Part shown: positions 28,201 through 38,223 of the stretch, piece after piece
Layout of the letters: every line of letters begins with the position of its first letter
Position numbering within the stretch: position 1 is the stretch's first letter
Assembly: GCA_964346295.1 (NCBI GenBank)
Contig: CAYFUG010000002.1
Coordinates: forward strand, 7,355 to 71,354
Direction: 5' to 3'
Length of the DNA stretch: 64,000 bases
Source: an uncultured Bdellovibrionales bacterium
GTDB taxonomy: Bacteria > Patescibacteriota > Minisyncoccia > Moranbacterales > DUUL01
Made by a program: the position numbers and the translations under genes
The notes under the pieces: model-generated
Database searches by the model: none
The model's input: the letters and a program-made list of their open reading frames with translations, nothing else
Told to the model about the DNA's origin: nothing

Positions 28201-28884
28201 ATGTCAACCCTCCCCCAAGTCTTCTATCAAAAACCTACTGAGCAAGTCGCCCGAGAGCTCCTGGGTAAAGTTTTAGTCCGACGCTTTAAGAGAAATGTAT
28301 CATCCCGCTCAGAACAAAGCGGAATCGAAGGGACTAAAGAAGCTTACAACTCTAATCAAACTGGAGTTAAGCAAGTTGATCTACCTGGAACAGTTACCGA
28401 AATTCGCCTCTTAATTACAGAAACGGAGGCCTACCTGGGCCCCCACGATCAAGCTTGTCATACTCGCCGCGGTCCCACTCCTAGAACTCAGGTAATGTTT
28501 GGGTCAGCCGGTTTTTGGTATATCTACTTAATCTATGGCATGTATCATTGTCTCAATGTGGTAACGGAGAAAGTCGGCTCCGGTAGTGCAGTATTAATCC
28601 GGGGCGGCCAACTGCTAACGCCCCTGGACCCGGAAGAAAATAATCGAGAAATAAAAACTGACGGCCCTGGTAAACTTTGCCGAGCCCTCGAGATTGATAG
28701 AAGTTTTAACAAAACTAGTGCCTTTAACCCCACCAGCCAGCTCTTTATCGAGGATGCCCTTCTCAATAATCCGTTCCTAAAAAACTTTGAGGTTGAAAAG
28801 TTACCTCGAGTTGGTGTACAATATGCAGGAGAAAAGTGGGACAAAGCCCTTTTAAGGTTCAGGCTAATAACTGACCATGCCTAA
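28201..28884 (+). CDS. mpg: 3-methyladenine DNA glycosylase (AAG/MPG) with ~30 aa insertion
   Basis: VARELLGK, ITETEAY, YIYLIYGMYHCLN, GPGKLCRAL, PRVGV. Confidence 0.95.
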   Translation: MSTLPQVFYQKPTEQVARELLGKVLVRRFKRNVSSRSEQSGIEGTKEAYNSNQTGVKQVDLPGTVTEIRLLITETEAYLGPHDQACHTRRGPTPRTQVMFGSAGFWYIYLIYGMYHCLNVVTEKVGSGSAVLIRGGQLLTPLDPEENNREIKTDGPGKLCRALEIDRSFNKTSAFNPTSQLFIEDALLNNPFLKNFEVEKLPRVGVQYAGEKWDKALLRFRLITDHA

Positions 28885-29272
28885 ATTAAAACTAGAAAAA
28901 CAATTCGCAGTTAAAGCCCTAGTTGAAAATAAAAATCACTTTTTATTTTTAAAAAAGAAGGATTTCCTGGGAGGAGACTATGACTTACCGGGAGGAAGGA
29001 AGAAACAGGGAGGGAAAGATCTTCTTGCTCTCAAAAGAGAAGTCAAAGAAGAGACTGGGCTTGAGATCACCACTATTCAATTTCTAAATAACTGGCAAGT
29101 GGATGTATCCTCTAAAGGAATCAATCTTAACGGGAAGACCTACCTCCGCCCCGTAAATTCAAATGAGGTCATCCTGAGCGAAGAGCACTTTGATTATAAA
29201 TGGCTACCAAAAGAGCAAGTCCTAAGAGAAAATATCCCTTATTGGGCGAGAGAAGCTTTAGAGAAAATCTAG
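28877..29272 (+). CDS. NUDIX hydrolase
   Basis: DLPGGR...LKREVKEETGL...LSEEHFDYKW. Confidence 0.85.
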   Translation: MPKLKLEKQFAVKALVENKNHFLFLKKKDFLGGDYDLPGGRKKQGGKDLLALKREVKEETGLEITTIQFLNNWQVDVSSKGINLNGKTYLRPVNSNEVILSEEHFDYKWLPKEQVLRENIPYWAREALEKI

Positions 29273-29332
29273 TCATCGCTACTGCAAAATTACCTTTAAA
29301 AACTTAGTACTAAAAATTGAAAACTCACTTTC

Positions 29333-29992
29333 ATGATTATAACTTGGCACGGCCACTCTTGTTTTAAAATTCAAACCCGCCCTCAACGAGGGGGGGATGA
29401 GATAGTAATCGCCACCGATCCTTTTGACAAAAGCATTGGCCTCACACCTCCTCAGTTTAAAACGGATATAGTAACCGTATCCCATTCTCACTTCGACCAT
29501 GCTAACACTCAATCCCTGAAAGGAGATCCTTTTGTGATTGATGCCCCCGGAGAATACTCCCTGGGTGGCATTACCGTTGAAGGAGTGGAAGCTTTTCACG
29601 ACTCCCAAAAAGGTCAAGAGCGAGGCCGCGACACTATCTATGTAATTGAAAGTGAGGATTTAAGAGTTTGTCACCTAGGAGACCTGGGTCATATCCTAGA
29701 AGAAAAACAAGTAGAGCAAATTGGGCAAGTAGATATTTTGATGATTCCAGTGGGAGGAACTTACACTTTAGACCCCAAAAAAGCAGAGGAGGTAATTGGC
29801 CAATTAGAACCTGGCCTGATCATTCCCATGCATTTCAAAGTGCCCGGGTTGAAACTTGACATCACCGATGAAGATCCCTTTCTAAAGGAATTTGGAGCTA
29901 AGGTAGAAGAGAAGTTAGACAAGTTAACCATCAAGAAAAAAGATTTGGAAGAAACTGAAAATAAGGTAGCAGTGCTAAAAGTAGCTTCCTAG
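29333..29992 (+). CDS. MBL-fold metallohydrolase (Lactamase_B_3 type)
   Basis: WHGHSCF, VSHSHFDH, HLGDLG, IPVGG, IPMH. Confidence 0.93.
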   Translation: MIITWHGHSCFKIQTRPQRGGDEIVIATDPFDKSIGLTPPQFKTDIVTVSHSHFDHANTQSLKGDPFVIDAPGEYSLGGITVEGVEAFHDSQKGQERGRDTIYVIESEDLRVCHLGDLGHILEEKQVEQIGQVDILMIPVGGTYTLDPKKAEEVIGQLEPGLIIPMHFKVPGLKLDITDEDPFLKEFGAKVEEKLDKLTIKKKDLEETENKVAVLKVAS

Positions 29993-30149
29993 AATTCTTA
30001 GCCTCTTAACTTTGGAGTAGGATTAATTTTCTCTCTTTTTTTAAAAATCAGGCGTTTGGCTTGCTTGTAAAAAATCATGAAAAGCTCAATAAAAAAATTG
30101 CATCAAATCAGTCTTTTCGCTTACTTAAATTCAAACAAAATGAAACTTC

Positions 30150-30524
30150 ATGCTTAGTAATCTTTTAGAGAAATCAGAGAAAGAACGCCAGAGAGCGGCT
30201 CTTATTATAACCGGAGTAATCGGGGTGATAATTTTCTCCGCCTGGCTTACGATTGCTGGCTTTGACATTAAACAAGCCGTGATTACTCCTGGCCAGGAAG
30301 ATCGCCTTAAAAAAAACTACCTAGCCTTTCAAGGAGAACTTCCTTCTGTTAGACAGACGGAGTCTGTTACTACCGAATTAGCTAAGCGCCAACAACTAGC
30401 TGGAAAAGTCAGTGGATTAAGTAACTCCGAAAAATCCGAACAAGAAAACGCTGATTTAGAGTCTGGTCAAGACCAGAAAAAAAAGCCTTTCCTGGAAAAG
30501 CTTTTTGAAAGATTGGGATTGTAA
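30150..30524 (+). CDS. Hypothetical single-TM protein
   Basis: KSEKERQRAALIITGVIGVIIFSAW, a CPR-like N-terminus. Confidence 0.7.
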   Translation: MLSNLLEKSEKERQRAALIITGVIGVIIFSAWLTIAGFDIKQAVITPGQEDRLKKNYLAFQGELPSVRQTESVTTELAKRQQLAGKVSGLSNSEKSEQENADLESGQDQKKKPFLEKLFERLGL

Positions 30525-30553
30525 AAAATACATTAACTGATAAACTGTTTCTC

Positions 30554-30575
30554 GCTACCCTTTACCCAGGGTAGC
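30554..30575. terminator. Hairpin between convergent genes
   Basis: GCTACCCT-TTACCC-AGGGTAGC. Confidence 0.55.
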
Positions 30576-30649
30576 TTCTTAGTTTTCGCAGAAAAATCCC
30601 TGCCCTTAAGATCACAAAGAAATTAACTTCAAGGATAAAAGAAGCGAAT

Positions 30650-31081
30650 CTAGCGAGAAAGAAAATATAACTCTAAGAGTAATACCAGCCCCACTGCCAA
30701 CAATGCATCCCACCAAATCAATACTCGAAAGCCTTGCATTAGAAGTAAGGCTACCACCAAAACTGCCAATAAAAATCCTTGGCGAGCTGAAATCCCCACC
30801 AAAGCAAAGCTAGCAACTCCTTCGTAAGAATGCTTTCTAAACCAAAACATTAACTGAGAAAATAGCCCGCCTAAAAATACTAATACTCCCAGAGCGAAAA
30901 TTCCTATATCTAAAAAATCCTTTTCTTGGTAACGAAGGTTTTCATTAGGATTATAAGGATTTTGATAAGGAGAACCCCAGAAAAGGATTAAGCCCATTAA
31001 AATAAATAATCCTAATAACAAAATCCCCCGGGCACTCCAGTGGAATATTTTAACCGAGGTATCGTCTTTTCTAATCGCCAT
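30650..31081 (-). CDS. Hypothetical 4-TM protein (CPR-conserved type)
   Basis: SARQGFLLA...LQGFRVLIWW...LELYFLSR. Confidence 0.75.
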   Translation of the reverse strand: MAIRKDDTSVKIFHWSARGILLLGLFILMGLILFWGSPYQNPYNPNENLRYQEKDFLDIGIFALGVLVFLGGLFSQLMFWFRKHSYEGVASFALVGISARQGFLLAVLVVALLLMQGFRVLIWWDALLAVGLVLLLELYFLSR

Positions 31082-31234
31082 TTTGGTTAGTGTTTTTGTT
31101 AAAAATACTCACTAGCAAGTATCCCTACTAATTTCAATCGGAGACTAGGGTCAGTCTAAAGCTCCTCCTCATTAATTAAGCTTATCCCTGGGGATAGCCA
31201 ATTAAGCCAGTTGCTGCACTACCCCGAAGCTCAG

Positions 31235-32173
31235 TTACTCTCTTTCAAATTCTTCTTTAATGCTATAAACCTGCTCCTTACGAGTCTGATAATATGTTTT
31301 AATTCCAATGTCTGCCAAAAGACCCGAGACAAAAAATTGGATTCCTAAAATTACTGAGAAAAACCCTACCATGGGCCAAATTCGACTACCAATTGCTGAA
31401 CCAAAAAATATTTTTTCTACTGCCATCCAACCTAAAATTAACATTCCAAAAGCGCTAATCAGCACCCCCATGGTCCCAAAAAGATGCAAAGGGCGCGAAG
31501 AAAACTTGCGCCAAAACCAAATCGAAAGTAAATCCAAAATCCCCTTTACCAAACGCTTCCAGTTGTATTTGGTTTTCCCCGCTATTCGCGGTCGATGATT
31601 CACCACTGCCTCTCCGACTTTGAAACCCTTGATCTTGAGAATTCCGGGAATAAAACGGTGCATCTCGCCATAAAGATCCAGATTCTCAAAACATTCCCTG
31701 CGATAAGCCTTTAAAGAGCAACCACTATCATTGATTTGGTCGTTGATCAAAAACTTGCGCAACTTATCCGCCCCCCTGGAAAGAATCTTTTTCAAAAAAG
31801 GATCCTTCCGATTTTTGCGCCAACCACTCACTACATCGTAACCTTTTTCGATTTTAGCCAAAAGCTTAGGAATATCAGCCGGATCATTTTGCCGATCGCC
31901 GTCCATAGTAACCACTACCTCCCCTCGAGCGGCCTTAACACCAGCATCCATAGCCGCTGTTTGGCCAAAATTACGCCGAAAGAAAATTGCTCGCACTGGC
32001 CGCAACTGGCGAATCTTCTCTCGCGTGCCATCACTACTACCATCATCTACCAAGATAATTTCCGCTTTTAGGCCCTCCTTCTCGATAACATCAACAATTT
32101 CCTGGTGCAAATCTTCCACATTCCCCTCCTCATTGTAGACCGGCACTACAATAGAAATAAGTTTATTTTCCAT
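31235..32173 (-). CDS. GT2 glycosyltransferase (polyprenol-phosphate, GtrB/ArnC-like)
   Basis: VVPVYNE, DDGSSD, MDGDRQNDP, two C-terminal TMs. Confidence 0.95.
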   Translation of the reverse strand: MENKLISIVVPVYNEEGNVEDLHQEIVDVIEKEGLKAEIILVDDGSSDGTREKIRQLRPVRAIFFRRNFGQTAAMDAGVKAARGEVVVTMDGDRQNDPADIPKLLAKIEKGYDVVSGWRKNRKDPFLKKILSRGADKLRKFLINDQINDSGCSLKAYRRECFENLDLYGEMHRFIPGILKIKGFKVGEAVVNHRPRIAGKTKYNWKRLVKGILDLLSIWFWRKFSSRPLHLFGTMGVLISAFGMLILGWMAVEKIFFGSAIGSRIWPMVGFFSVILGIQFFVSGLLADIGIKTYYQTRKEQVYSIKEEFERE

Positions 32174-32197
32174 AATATTTAATAAAATTTATCCTCA

Positions 32198-33205
32198 TTA
32201 ATGACCAGAATAATAACTAAGAAGTTTTGTATAGCTTAATTCTTCAACTGGAAAAAATTCAGGCTCTATTGCGCTAGAAAATTTTTCTAAAACCTTGACT
32301 TTATCTCCATCTAGAATAAATTCTACTTTTTTAACTACTTCTCTATCCGTTAAAATGAAAGCTTCTTCGTCTTCTGGAGCATCTGGAAAAATAAAACCTA
32401 AATCACCTACTTTAAAGAATATTGTTGCCCCACCAAAGACAACTTTTTCGTCTTTCTCTATTTTTATATCACTTGGATTGAAATTAGCGCCTTGTAAAAA
32501 TCCTTTCTTATAAAAATTTATAAAAGTGCTAATTCTATCAAGATAATAACTCCCAACCCCTTCCTTGTCTTCTGCGTATGCTTGAATCGCTTGTTCGCTA
32601 AAAAAATCTGAATCAAAAATTATCTCGCTCTCCTCTAAAAATCTCTTGATTTCTTTGGCATACCGCCTTCTCTCTGGATCTTCTATGGTATCTCCTGTTC
32701 CTTCCTCCGTCACAGGAGGCGCAAATCTCTCAGCCTCATCTCCTTCCATCATAAGCTCTTTATCTCCATCTAAAAAATAACTATCTAAAATAAAGTAAGG
32801 ATTATTATCTTCATCATAACCAATAATCTCCACTTTGAGGATTCCCGAATTAAACAACTCGGAATTAATTGCCCATTCCCAGTCTTCCCTTTCCGGATGA
32901 TCTTTCAAGTGTAATCTGAGTTGATTTTGCAAGGAACTAACTACGCCTTCACTTAGTTGATATTTCCTAGCCTCAGCCCCAAAAACATCCACAGTATCTT
33001 CAGCGCCTCCCCCCTCGGAGTAAGTAATCGTCGCAGAAGATCCCGCCTCCACTTCCCTTGGAATTAATATTCCCAGGCTCATCATAACAGAGGTAAGCGC
33101 CAAAGATGCCACCATTATTCCTTCCTTAAGATTAAGCCGCTCTTTTTGAGAAATCTTTCTCTTCTCGTACTTGCTAGGTTGATTAAATCCTTTTAATTTA
33201 TCCAT
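32198..33205 (-). CDS. Hypothetical exported/membrane-anchored protein
   Basis: Likely start MDKLKG at 33205; hydrophobic segment followed by acidic domains; AT-rich. Confidence 0.65.
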   Translation of the reverse strand: MDKLKGFNQPSKYEKRKISQKERLNLKEGIMVASLALTSVMMSLGILIPREVEAGSSATITYSEGGGAEDTVDVFGAEARKYQLSEGVVSSLQNQLRLHLKDHPEREDWEWAINSELFNSGILKVEIIGYDEDNNPYFILDSYFLDGDKELMMEGDEAERFAPPVTEEGTGDTIEDPERRRYAKEIKRFLEESEIIFDSDFFSEQAIQAYAEDKEGVGSYYLDRISTFINFYKKGFLQGANFNPSDIKIEKDEKVVFGGATIFFKVGDLGFIFPDAPEDEEAFILTDREVVKKVEFILDGDKVKVLEKFSSAIEPEFFPVEELSYTKLLSYYSGH

Positions 33206-33224
33206 TTTTGTTTTATTTTCAAAT

Positions 33225-33446
33225 TTAATCCCTAATCTCCACCAATTTTGTCCGACTAGTTTTTCCGGCAATTACCTCCACCTGATTTTTAGCCACTTGC
33301 CACTCTTGCGCCACTAACTCCACCAAAGCCTGATTGGCCCGGCCTTTCTCTGGCACCGCCCTCACCCAAGCTTTATAGCTCCCATCCGCCTGCTTCTCCA
33401 ACTTATTCTGGCTACTCTTAGGAATTACCTTGATGTAAACTCTCAT
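33225..33446 (-). CDS. DUF167 (YggU) family protein
   Basis: KVIPKS...PEKGRANQAL...GKTSRTK. Confidence 0.92.
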   Translation of the reverse strand: MRVYIKVIPKSSQNKLEKQADGSYKAWVRAVPEKGRANQALVELVAQEWQVAKNQVEVIAGKTSRTKLVEIRD

Positions 33447-33460
33447 GGGCCTACTGGTTA

Positions 33461-34177
33461 CTATCTAACAGTCACCTCCTCAAAATACTTTTTTTGCAAA
33501 AAATCTCTGGCCCAAATCAAATCAATTGACTCTTTTTTCATCTCCTCTCGGCGCTTTTCATCTAGAATCTTACCCTGATCCTGATAGCGTTGCAATACAA
33601 AGCGCTTAGCGCCTCGCAGCCACCGCCCAATGTCTTTGAGATCCTCCTCCGTGTGGATTCCGCCCACCGCCGTGGTCCGAAATTCATAGTCAATCTGGCG
33701 ATTATTGCGAATCAGCTCAGTAGAAAGCTGGATTCGTCCCGGATCAATCTTAACCCCGCAAGCTTGAGGGTACTTTTCGATGGAGGTCTTGATGTCCATC
33801 GCCACAAAGTCTAAGAGTTGCTTATCAAAGAGGTGTTTAAGCGCATCCGGTCGCGTCCCGTTAGTGTCTAGCTTTACCAAAAAACCCAGGTCTTTGATTT
33901 TAGCAATAAATTCCGGCAAATCCTGATGCAAAGTGGGCTCCCCTCCGGTAATACATACTCCGTCTAACTTGCCTTGGCGTTTTTTAAGAAACTTAAACAA
34001 CCGCTCTTCTTTAGATTTGAACTCCCCGCCGCCTGCCTCCAAGCCAGAAGCTGGTAAAACCAATTCTGGATTGTGACAAAACGGACAGCGAAAATTACAA
34101 CCTACCGTAAAAACCGTAGCCGCCACTTTACCCGGATAATCTAGTAGTGTCACAGGCGCAAAACCTCCAATCTTCAT
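33461..34177 (-). CDS. nrdG: Anaerobic ribonucleotide reductase activating enzyme (radical SAM)
   Basis: LLDYPGK, GCNFRCPFCHN, ITGGEP, LDTNG, YEFRTT. Confidence 0.93.
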   Translation of the reverse strand: MKIGGFAPVTLLDYPGKVAATVFTVGCNFRCPFCHNPELVLPASGLEAGGGEFKSKEERLFKFLKKRQGKLDGVCITGGEPTLHQDLPEFIAKIKDLGFLVKLDTNGTRPDALKHLFDKQLLDFVAMDIKTSIEKYPQACGVKIDPGRIQLSTELIRNNRQIDYEFRTTAVGGIHTEEDLKDIGRWLRGAKRFVLQRYQDQGKILDEKRREEMKKESIDLIWARDFLQKKYFEEVTVR

Positions 34178-34299
34178 GCATTCAATTTACTCCCCCAGTT
34201 TTTTATTTTGATTTTTCACTCAATTTATTTCAAACTATTTCTCAATATTCATGCCATCAAATCCGTTGACCACCTCTCTGAAATCATACTCGAATCAAT

Positions 34300-34914
34300 T
34301 TATGCCAGCTGTAACAGGCTTTCAAAGCTTTTAGTGCTAGGATCAAAAAAGATGTAAACAATGCCACTGTCATGAAAATAGTCTGATTTCTCAACCTTAA
34401 TACTCCCCACAAAAACAAGTGGCTCATTATTTCTAATTGGCCATTGATTTGCACTTTGTATCCAATTTGGCGGTTTTTTGAAATATCTAAATTTAGTTCG
34501 AATTTTTTCCTTCAAATATTTCTTGAGTTCATCCTCTTTCATGTTGTGCTTAATGGGCATTATGTAATTCATGAAATATTCTCCATCTATGTCAACCCAA
34601 TCGGGCTGACAATCAAGCAACAAATTATGACAATCGGAATACTTTCTTGTAGGATTGCAATCTATGTTTTTCTTTTTCAAGAAAAGCTCCGGCGCATCCT
34701 GAATATTCAAAGCACCAAGTAAACTTTCTGCGTTCTGGGTAAGGATAAAATCATAAGGATTAGTTTCGATATATGTATCCCCCCAGCCCAAACTAGGGTC
34801 CGAGAGTAAACTCTTCAATCCTTCTTCATTGTAAAAAACCTCCTCAAATTCAGCACCAGAAATTTTTCCTTCGACGAAATCGATCACTACTTGAAGTTGC
34901 TTTTCTTTTGACAT
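34300..34914 (-). CDS. Hypothetical protein (possibly immunity-like)
   Basis: 204 aa, AT-rich; PPNWIQ..QWPI motif. Confidence 0.7.
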   Translation of the reverse strand: MSKEKQLQVVIDFVEGKISGAEFEEVFYNEEGLKSLLSDPSLGWGDTYIETNPYDFILTQNAESLLGALNIQDAPELFLKKKNIDCNPTRKYSDCHNLLLDCQPDWVDIDGEYFMNYIMPIKHNMKEDELKKYLKEKIRTKFRYFKKPPNWIQSANQWPIRNNEPLVFVGSIKVEKSDYFHDSGIVYIFFDPSTKSFESLLQLA

Positions 34915-34967
34915 AATTCCCTTTTAAACATTAGATAACTCCAAAAAAACCAACCGCCTTCACAGCC

Positions 34968-35133
34968 CAGGGCTTTCAAGTTTGAGTGAAGCTCTACCTG
35001 AGTCTCGTCAACAGGCGAGATCAGCGCCGAGGTTTCGCTCGTAGAGAAGACATGCCATGGCATGTCTCTACCCATACTGTAAAAACAAAACGCAGGCGAC
35101 AACAACGAGATTCACCAAACTTAAAAGTCCCTA
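34968..35133 (+). repeat. Family A element with two nested palindromes; right end overlaps the ftsH stop
   Basis: TIR AGGGCTTTCAAGTTTG/CAAACTTAAAAGTCCCT; core AAAACGCAGGCGACAACAACGAGATT. Confidence 0.85.
35041..35071. repeat. GTAG-type REP
   Basis: GTAGAGA-AGACATGCCATGGCATGTCT-CTAC; perfect 20-bp palindrome core with a 5' GTAG. Confidence 0.8.
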
Positions 35134-36984
35134 GTCTTTTACCAACGCATCAAACTCATCCTTCTCCAAAGTCTCTTTCCTAATCAACTCCTTAGCTACC
35201 TTCTCTAAAGTCTCTGCTTTTTCGTCTAGAATCTCTCGAGCCTTTTGATGAGCCTCCTCAATAAAGCGACGCACTTCCTCGTCAATGCTTTCCGCCACTC
35301 TCTCGGAGTAGTTTTTGCGCTCTTGAATATCCCGCCCCAAAAATACCAAATCATCATTTTCGCCATAAGTAACCGGCCCCAACTTACTCATTCCAAAGCG
35401 AGTCACCAACTTACGAGCCATCTCCGTCGCCCGCTCTAGATCATTAGAAGCTCCCGTGGTCATCTCATCAAAAATTCGCTCCTCGGCGGCATAACCACCC
35501 AACAGCACCGCCAACTGATCCAAAAAGTAAGAGCGGAACTTCAAAGAACGATCCTTGTCGGGCACATTGAGAGTATAGCCAGCCGCGTGCCCCCGAGAAA
35601 CAATGGAGACTTTATGAACCGGATCAGCATTGGGCAAAGAAGCAGAAATCAAAGCATGCCCTCCTTCGTGATAAGCAGTAACCTTTTTTTCCTCTGGAGA
35701 AAAAACCTTGCTGCGCCGCTCCGGCCCCAAAATTACCTTTTCGATTGCCTCCCTCAGCTCGTCCATGCCAGTGGTTTTCTTGTCCCGCCGAGCCGCCAAA
35801 ATAGCTCCTTCATTAACCAAGTTTGCCAAATCCGCTCCAGAAAAACCCGGTGTTCGCTCAGCAATTTGACGCAATTTAACATCTTTTTCCATTTTTTTAT
35901 CAGTCACATGCAATTTTAAAATTGCCTCTCTTTCTTCAATATCGGGATTATCAATAGTCACTCGCCGATCAAAGCGTCCTGGGCGCAAAAGAGCGGGATC
36001 CAATACATCTGGTCGGTTAGTAGCCGCAATCACAATTACATTCACATTAGTGTCAAATCCGTCCATTTCTACCAAGATTTGATTAAGGGTCTGTTCTCGC
36101 TCGTCGTTACCACCGCCCACGCCGGCTCCTCGATGCCGACCTACTGCGTCAACTTCGTCAATAAAAACAATAGCCGGTGCATTTTTTTTAGCCTGCTTGA
36201 AGAGATCTCGCACTCGGCTAGCTCCCACTCCCACAAACATTTCTACAAATTCGCTTCCAGAGATTGAGAAAAAAGGCACATTAGCCTCTCCAGCCACTGC
36301 CTTGGCCAAAAGAGTTTTTCCAGTACCAGGAGGGCCCAACAGCAAAAATCCTCGCGGGATTCGCGCGCCCAAATCCCAAAATTTCTTAGGATTACGCAAA
36401 AATTCCACTACTTCGTAAAGCTCCTCTTTGGCCTCCTTGGCCCCCGCTACATCTTTGAAGGTAATTCGCCCTTCTTTGTCACGAGCCGGAAGCAAAACTC
36501 GAGCTCGAGAGCGACCAAAGGTCATGGCTTGATTATTGCCTCGCTGGGCTTGCCGCAATAAAAACCAAATAAAAAAAGCAATAAAGAAGAAAGGGAGTAT
36601 AAAAGGAATAAAAACACCCACCCAAAAATCTCGCCCCGAAGTGTCCTCCAGGTTTAACTGAATATCCCTTAGTTTATCCTTCTCCACTCCTACATTAGCC
36701 AAAGATTCCGTCAGGGAACTCTCCGGCTCCTTACGAGAAACTTCCTTGGTGCCATCTTTCAGCTCAATTTCCAGCTCATTGCCCTGGACTTTAATCTCAG
36801 TTACCTCTTCCTCGTTGATTTGACTGGCCAATTCGCTCAGGGAAACCTCCTTTTTCTCTTCTAAAGGAACAGAATAGAGCAAAACTAGACCAGAAATTAC
36901 CACAAAGATACCCAAAAAAATAAATAAATTTCGGGTCAATTTTTTAATAGGACCGCGATTATTAGGATTAACACTTTTTGCCAC
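35131..36984 (-). CDS. ftsH: ATP-dependent zinc metalloprotease FtsH
   Basis: Two TMs, [20 protein letters not shown]. Confidence 0.99.
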   Translation of the reverse strand: MAKSVNPNNRGPIKKLTRNLFIFLGIFVVISGLVLLYSVPLEEKKEVSLSELASQINEEEVTEIKVQGNELEIELKDGTKEVSRKEPESSLTESLANVGVEKDKLRDIQLNLEDTSGRDFWVGVFIPFILPFFFIAFFIWFLLRQAQRGNNQAMTFGRSRARVLLPARDKEGRITFKDVAGAKEAKEELYEVVEFLRNPKKFWDLGARIPRGFLLLGPPGTGKTLLAKAVAGEANVPFFSISGSEFVEMFVGVGASRVRDLFKQAKKNAPAIVFIDEVDAVGRHRGAGVGGGNDEREQTLNQILVEMDGFDTNVNVIVIAATNRPDVLDPALLRPGRFDRRVTIDNPDIEEREAILKLHVTDKKMEKDVKLRQIAERTPGFSGADLANLVNEGAILAARRDKKTTGMDELREAIEKVILGPERRSKVFSPEEKKVTAYHEGGHALISASLPNADPVHKVSIVSRGHAAGYTLNVPDKDRSLKFRSYFLDQLAVLLGGYAAEERIFDEMTTGASNDLERATEMARKLVTRFGMSKLGPVTYGENDDLVFLGRDIQERKNYSERVAESIDEEVRRFIEEAHQKAREILDEKAETLEKVAKELIRKETLEKDEFDALVKD

Positions 36985-37140
36985 AAAATTATTTTAATGC
37001 TTATTGATTCAATTTAAAGTTTTTCCAAAGTTAACAATGCGTATTAACCTAGGAAAAATTTTAACCAAAATACTAAAATAATTAAACTCTGTCTTCGAGA
37101 GATCAAATTAATAAGGAAGTAAGGCTAAAAAAGAATCCTA

Positions 37141-38217
37141 TTAAATATCCTTCTTAAACAAAAGCAACCCTTCCCCTTCGCGCTTAACTTGAATTCCTGA
37201 AAAATTTAGCTGCTGATTTTTACCCTTAGCGCTAAAAATAATCTTTTCCAACTCCGCTAAATGTTGCTTGGAAAGGTTGCGCAAATTTCCTTTAAGCTGC
37301 AATATCACTTTTCGCAAAATTAGAGCCCTGGTTGACTTTGATATTTTTTTTAAGCACTTTAAGTTAACCTCGAAAAAATCACTCTTTTCGAGTACTATCT
37401 TAGTATACTGGGTTTGAATATTTTCTTCAATATATTCTTCTGCCTCCTTAGCGATTTGGGATAAACTCACTAAACGATCTTTGATTTGAGATTGATAAGA
37501 TTCTTCTAAAAAGGGAATTAACTCTCCTCGCACTTGATTACGCAAGAAGCTAAAATCTTGGTTGCTCTGGTCTTCTCGCCATCTCTGATCTAACTCCCCA
37601 AGAAAATCTCTGATTTCAAGCTTGGTGAAAGTCAACAAGGGCCGAATCACTCTATCAGTTCGAAGTTTCATCCCTCCTAGACCTCGCAAGCCAGCCCCTC
37701 TTAATAAATTAATTAGAACTGTTTCTGCTTGGTCATCCTTAGTGTGCGCCACTGCGATCCAATCCAGGCCCTCCTGTTTACGCACCTGTTCAAATTTTTG
37801 ATAGCGAAAATTACGAAAAACCTCCTCCTGATTGCTATTGCCGCTAAAAGTACTCCAGTGAGAATCTTTGCGATACCCCCTTTTGTAAAGGGGGCTAGGG
37901 GGATTGAGTAAATCGAGCTGATTCCTGAGTGAATCTTCCTCAAACTTGAAAACTGAAAGTGACAGCTGAAATTCTTGTGCTAAATCTCGCACTAGCTGCT
38001 CATCCTGCTCGGAAGCTTGGCCTCTGACTTGATAGTTAACATGAACCAAGTGAAGTCTAAGCTTGTAACGAGGCCCTAAGCTCAAAAGCAATCTTACTAG
38101 CCCGACCGAATCCGAACCGCCCGAAACTCCCACTACTAATCCAGTTTCTTGATCCTTTCTTAGCCAACCTTGGCGAAAAATTTGCTCCTTAAAACACTTT
38201 ATAAATTTACTGTTCAT
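37141..38217 (-). CDS. tilS: tRNA(Ile)-lysidine synthase with in-frame repeat insertion
   Basis: SGGSDS, HVNY, AHTKDDQAET, IRPLL, EDQSN, RNQVR. Confidence 0.95.
   Translation of the reverse strand: MNSKFIKCFKEQIFRQGWLRKDQETGLVVGVSGGSDSVGLVRLLLSLGPRYKLRLHLVHVNYQVRGQASEQDEQLVRDLAQEFQLSLSVFKFEEDSLRNQLDLLNPPSPLYKRGYRKDSHWSTFSGNSNQEEVFRNFRYQKFEQVRKQEGLDWIAVAHTKDDQAETVLINLLRGAGLRGLGGMKLRTDRVIRPLLTFTKLEIRDFLGELDQRWREDQSNQDFSFLRNQVRGELIPFLEESYQSQIKDRLVSLSQIAKEAEEYIEENIQTQYTKIVLEKSDFFEVNLKCLKKISKSTRALILRKVILQLKGNLRNLSKQHLAELEKIIFSAKGKNQQLNFSGIQVKREGEGLLLFKKDI
37876..37906. repeat. Family B palindrome, in frame inside tilS
   Basis: CCCCCTTTTGTAAAGGGGGCTAGGGGGATTG, read as NPPSPLYKRG on the minus strand. 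Confidence 0.8.
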
Positions 38218-38223
38218 AAAAAT

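Noticed and set aside
29167-29186. GTCATCCTGAGCGAAG REP-like string
   Set aside because: Encodes the ordinary NUDIX motif VILSEEH; no second arm.
31110-31230. Possible structured RNA in the intergenic gap
   Set aside because: Only a short hairpin; no promoter, second copy or recognisable family.
34020-34060. LPASGLEAGG segment in NrdG as a REP-derived insertion
   Set aside because: The palindrome is too weak to support.
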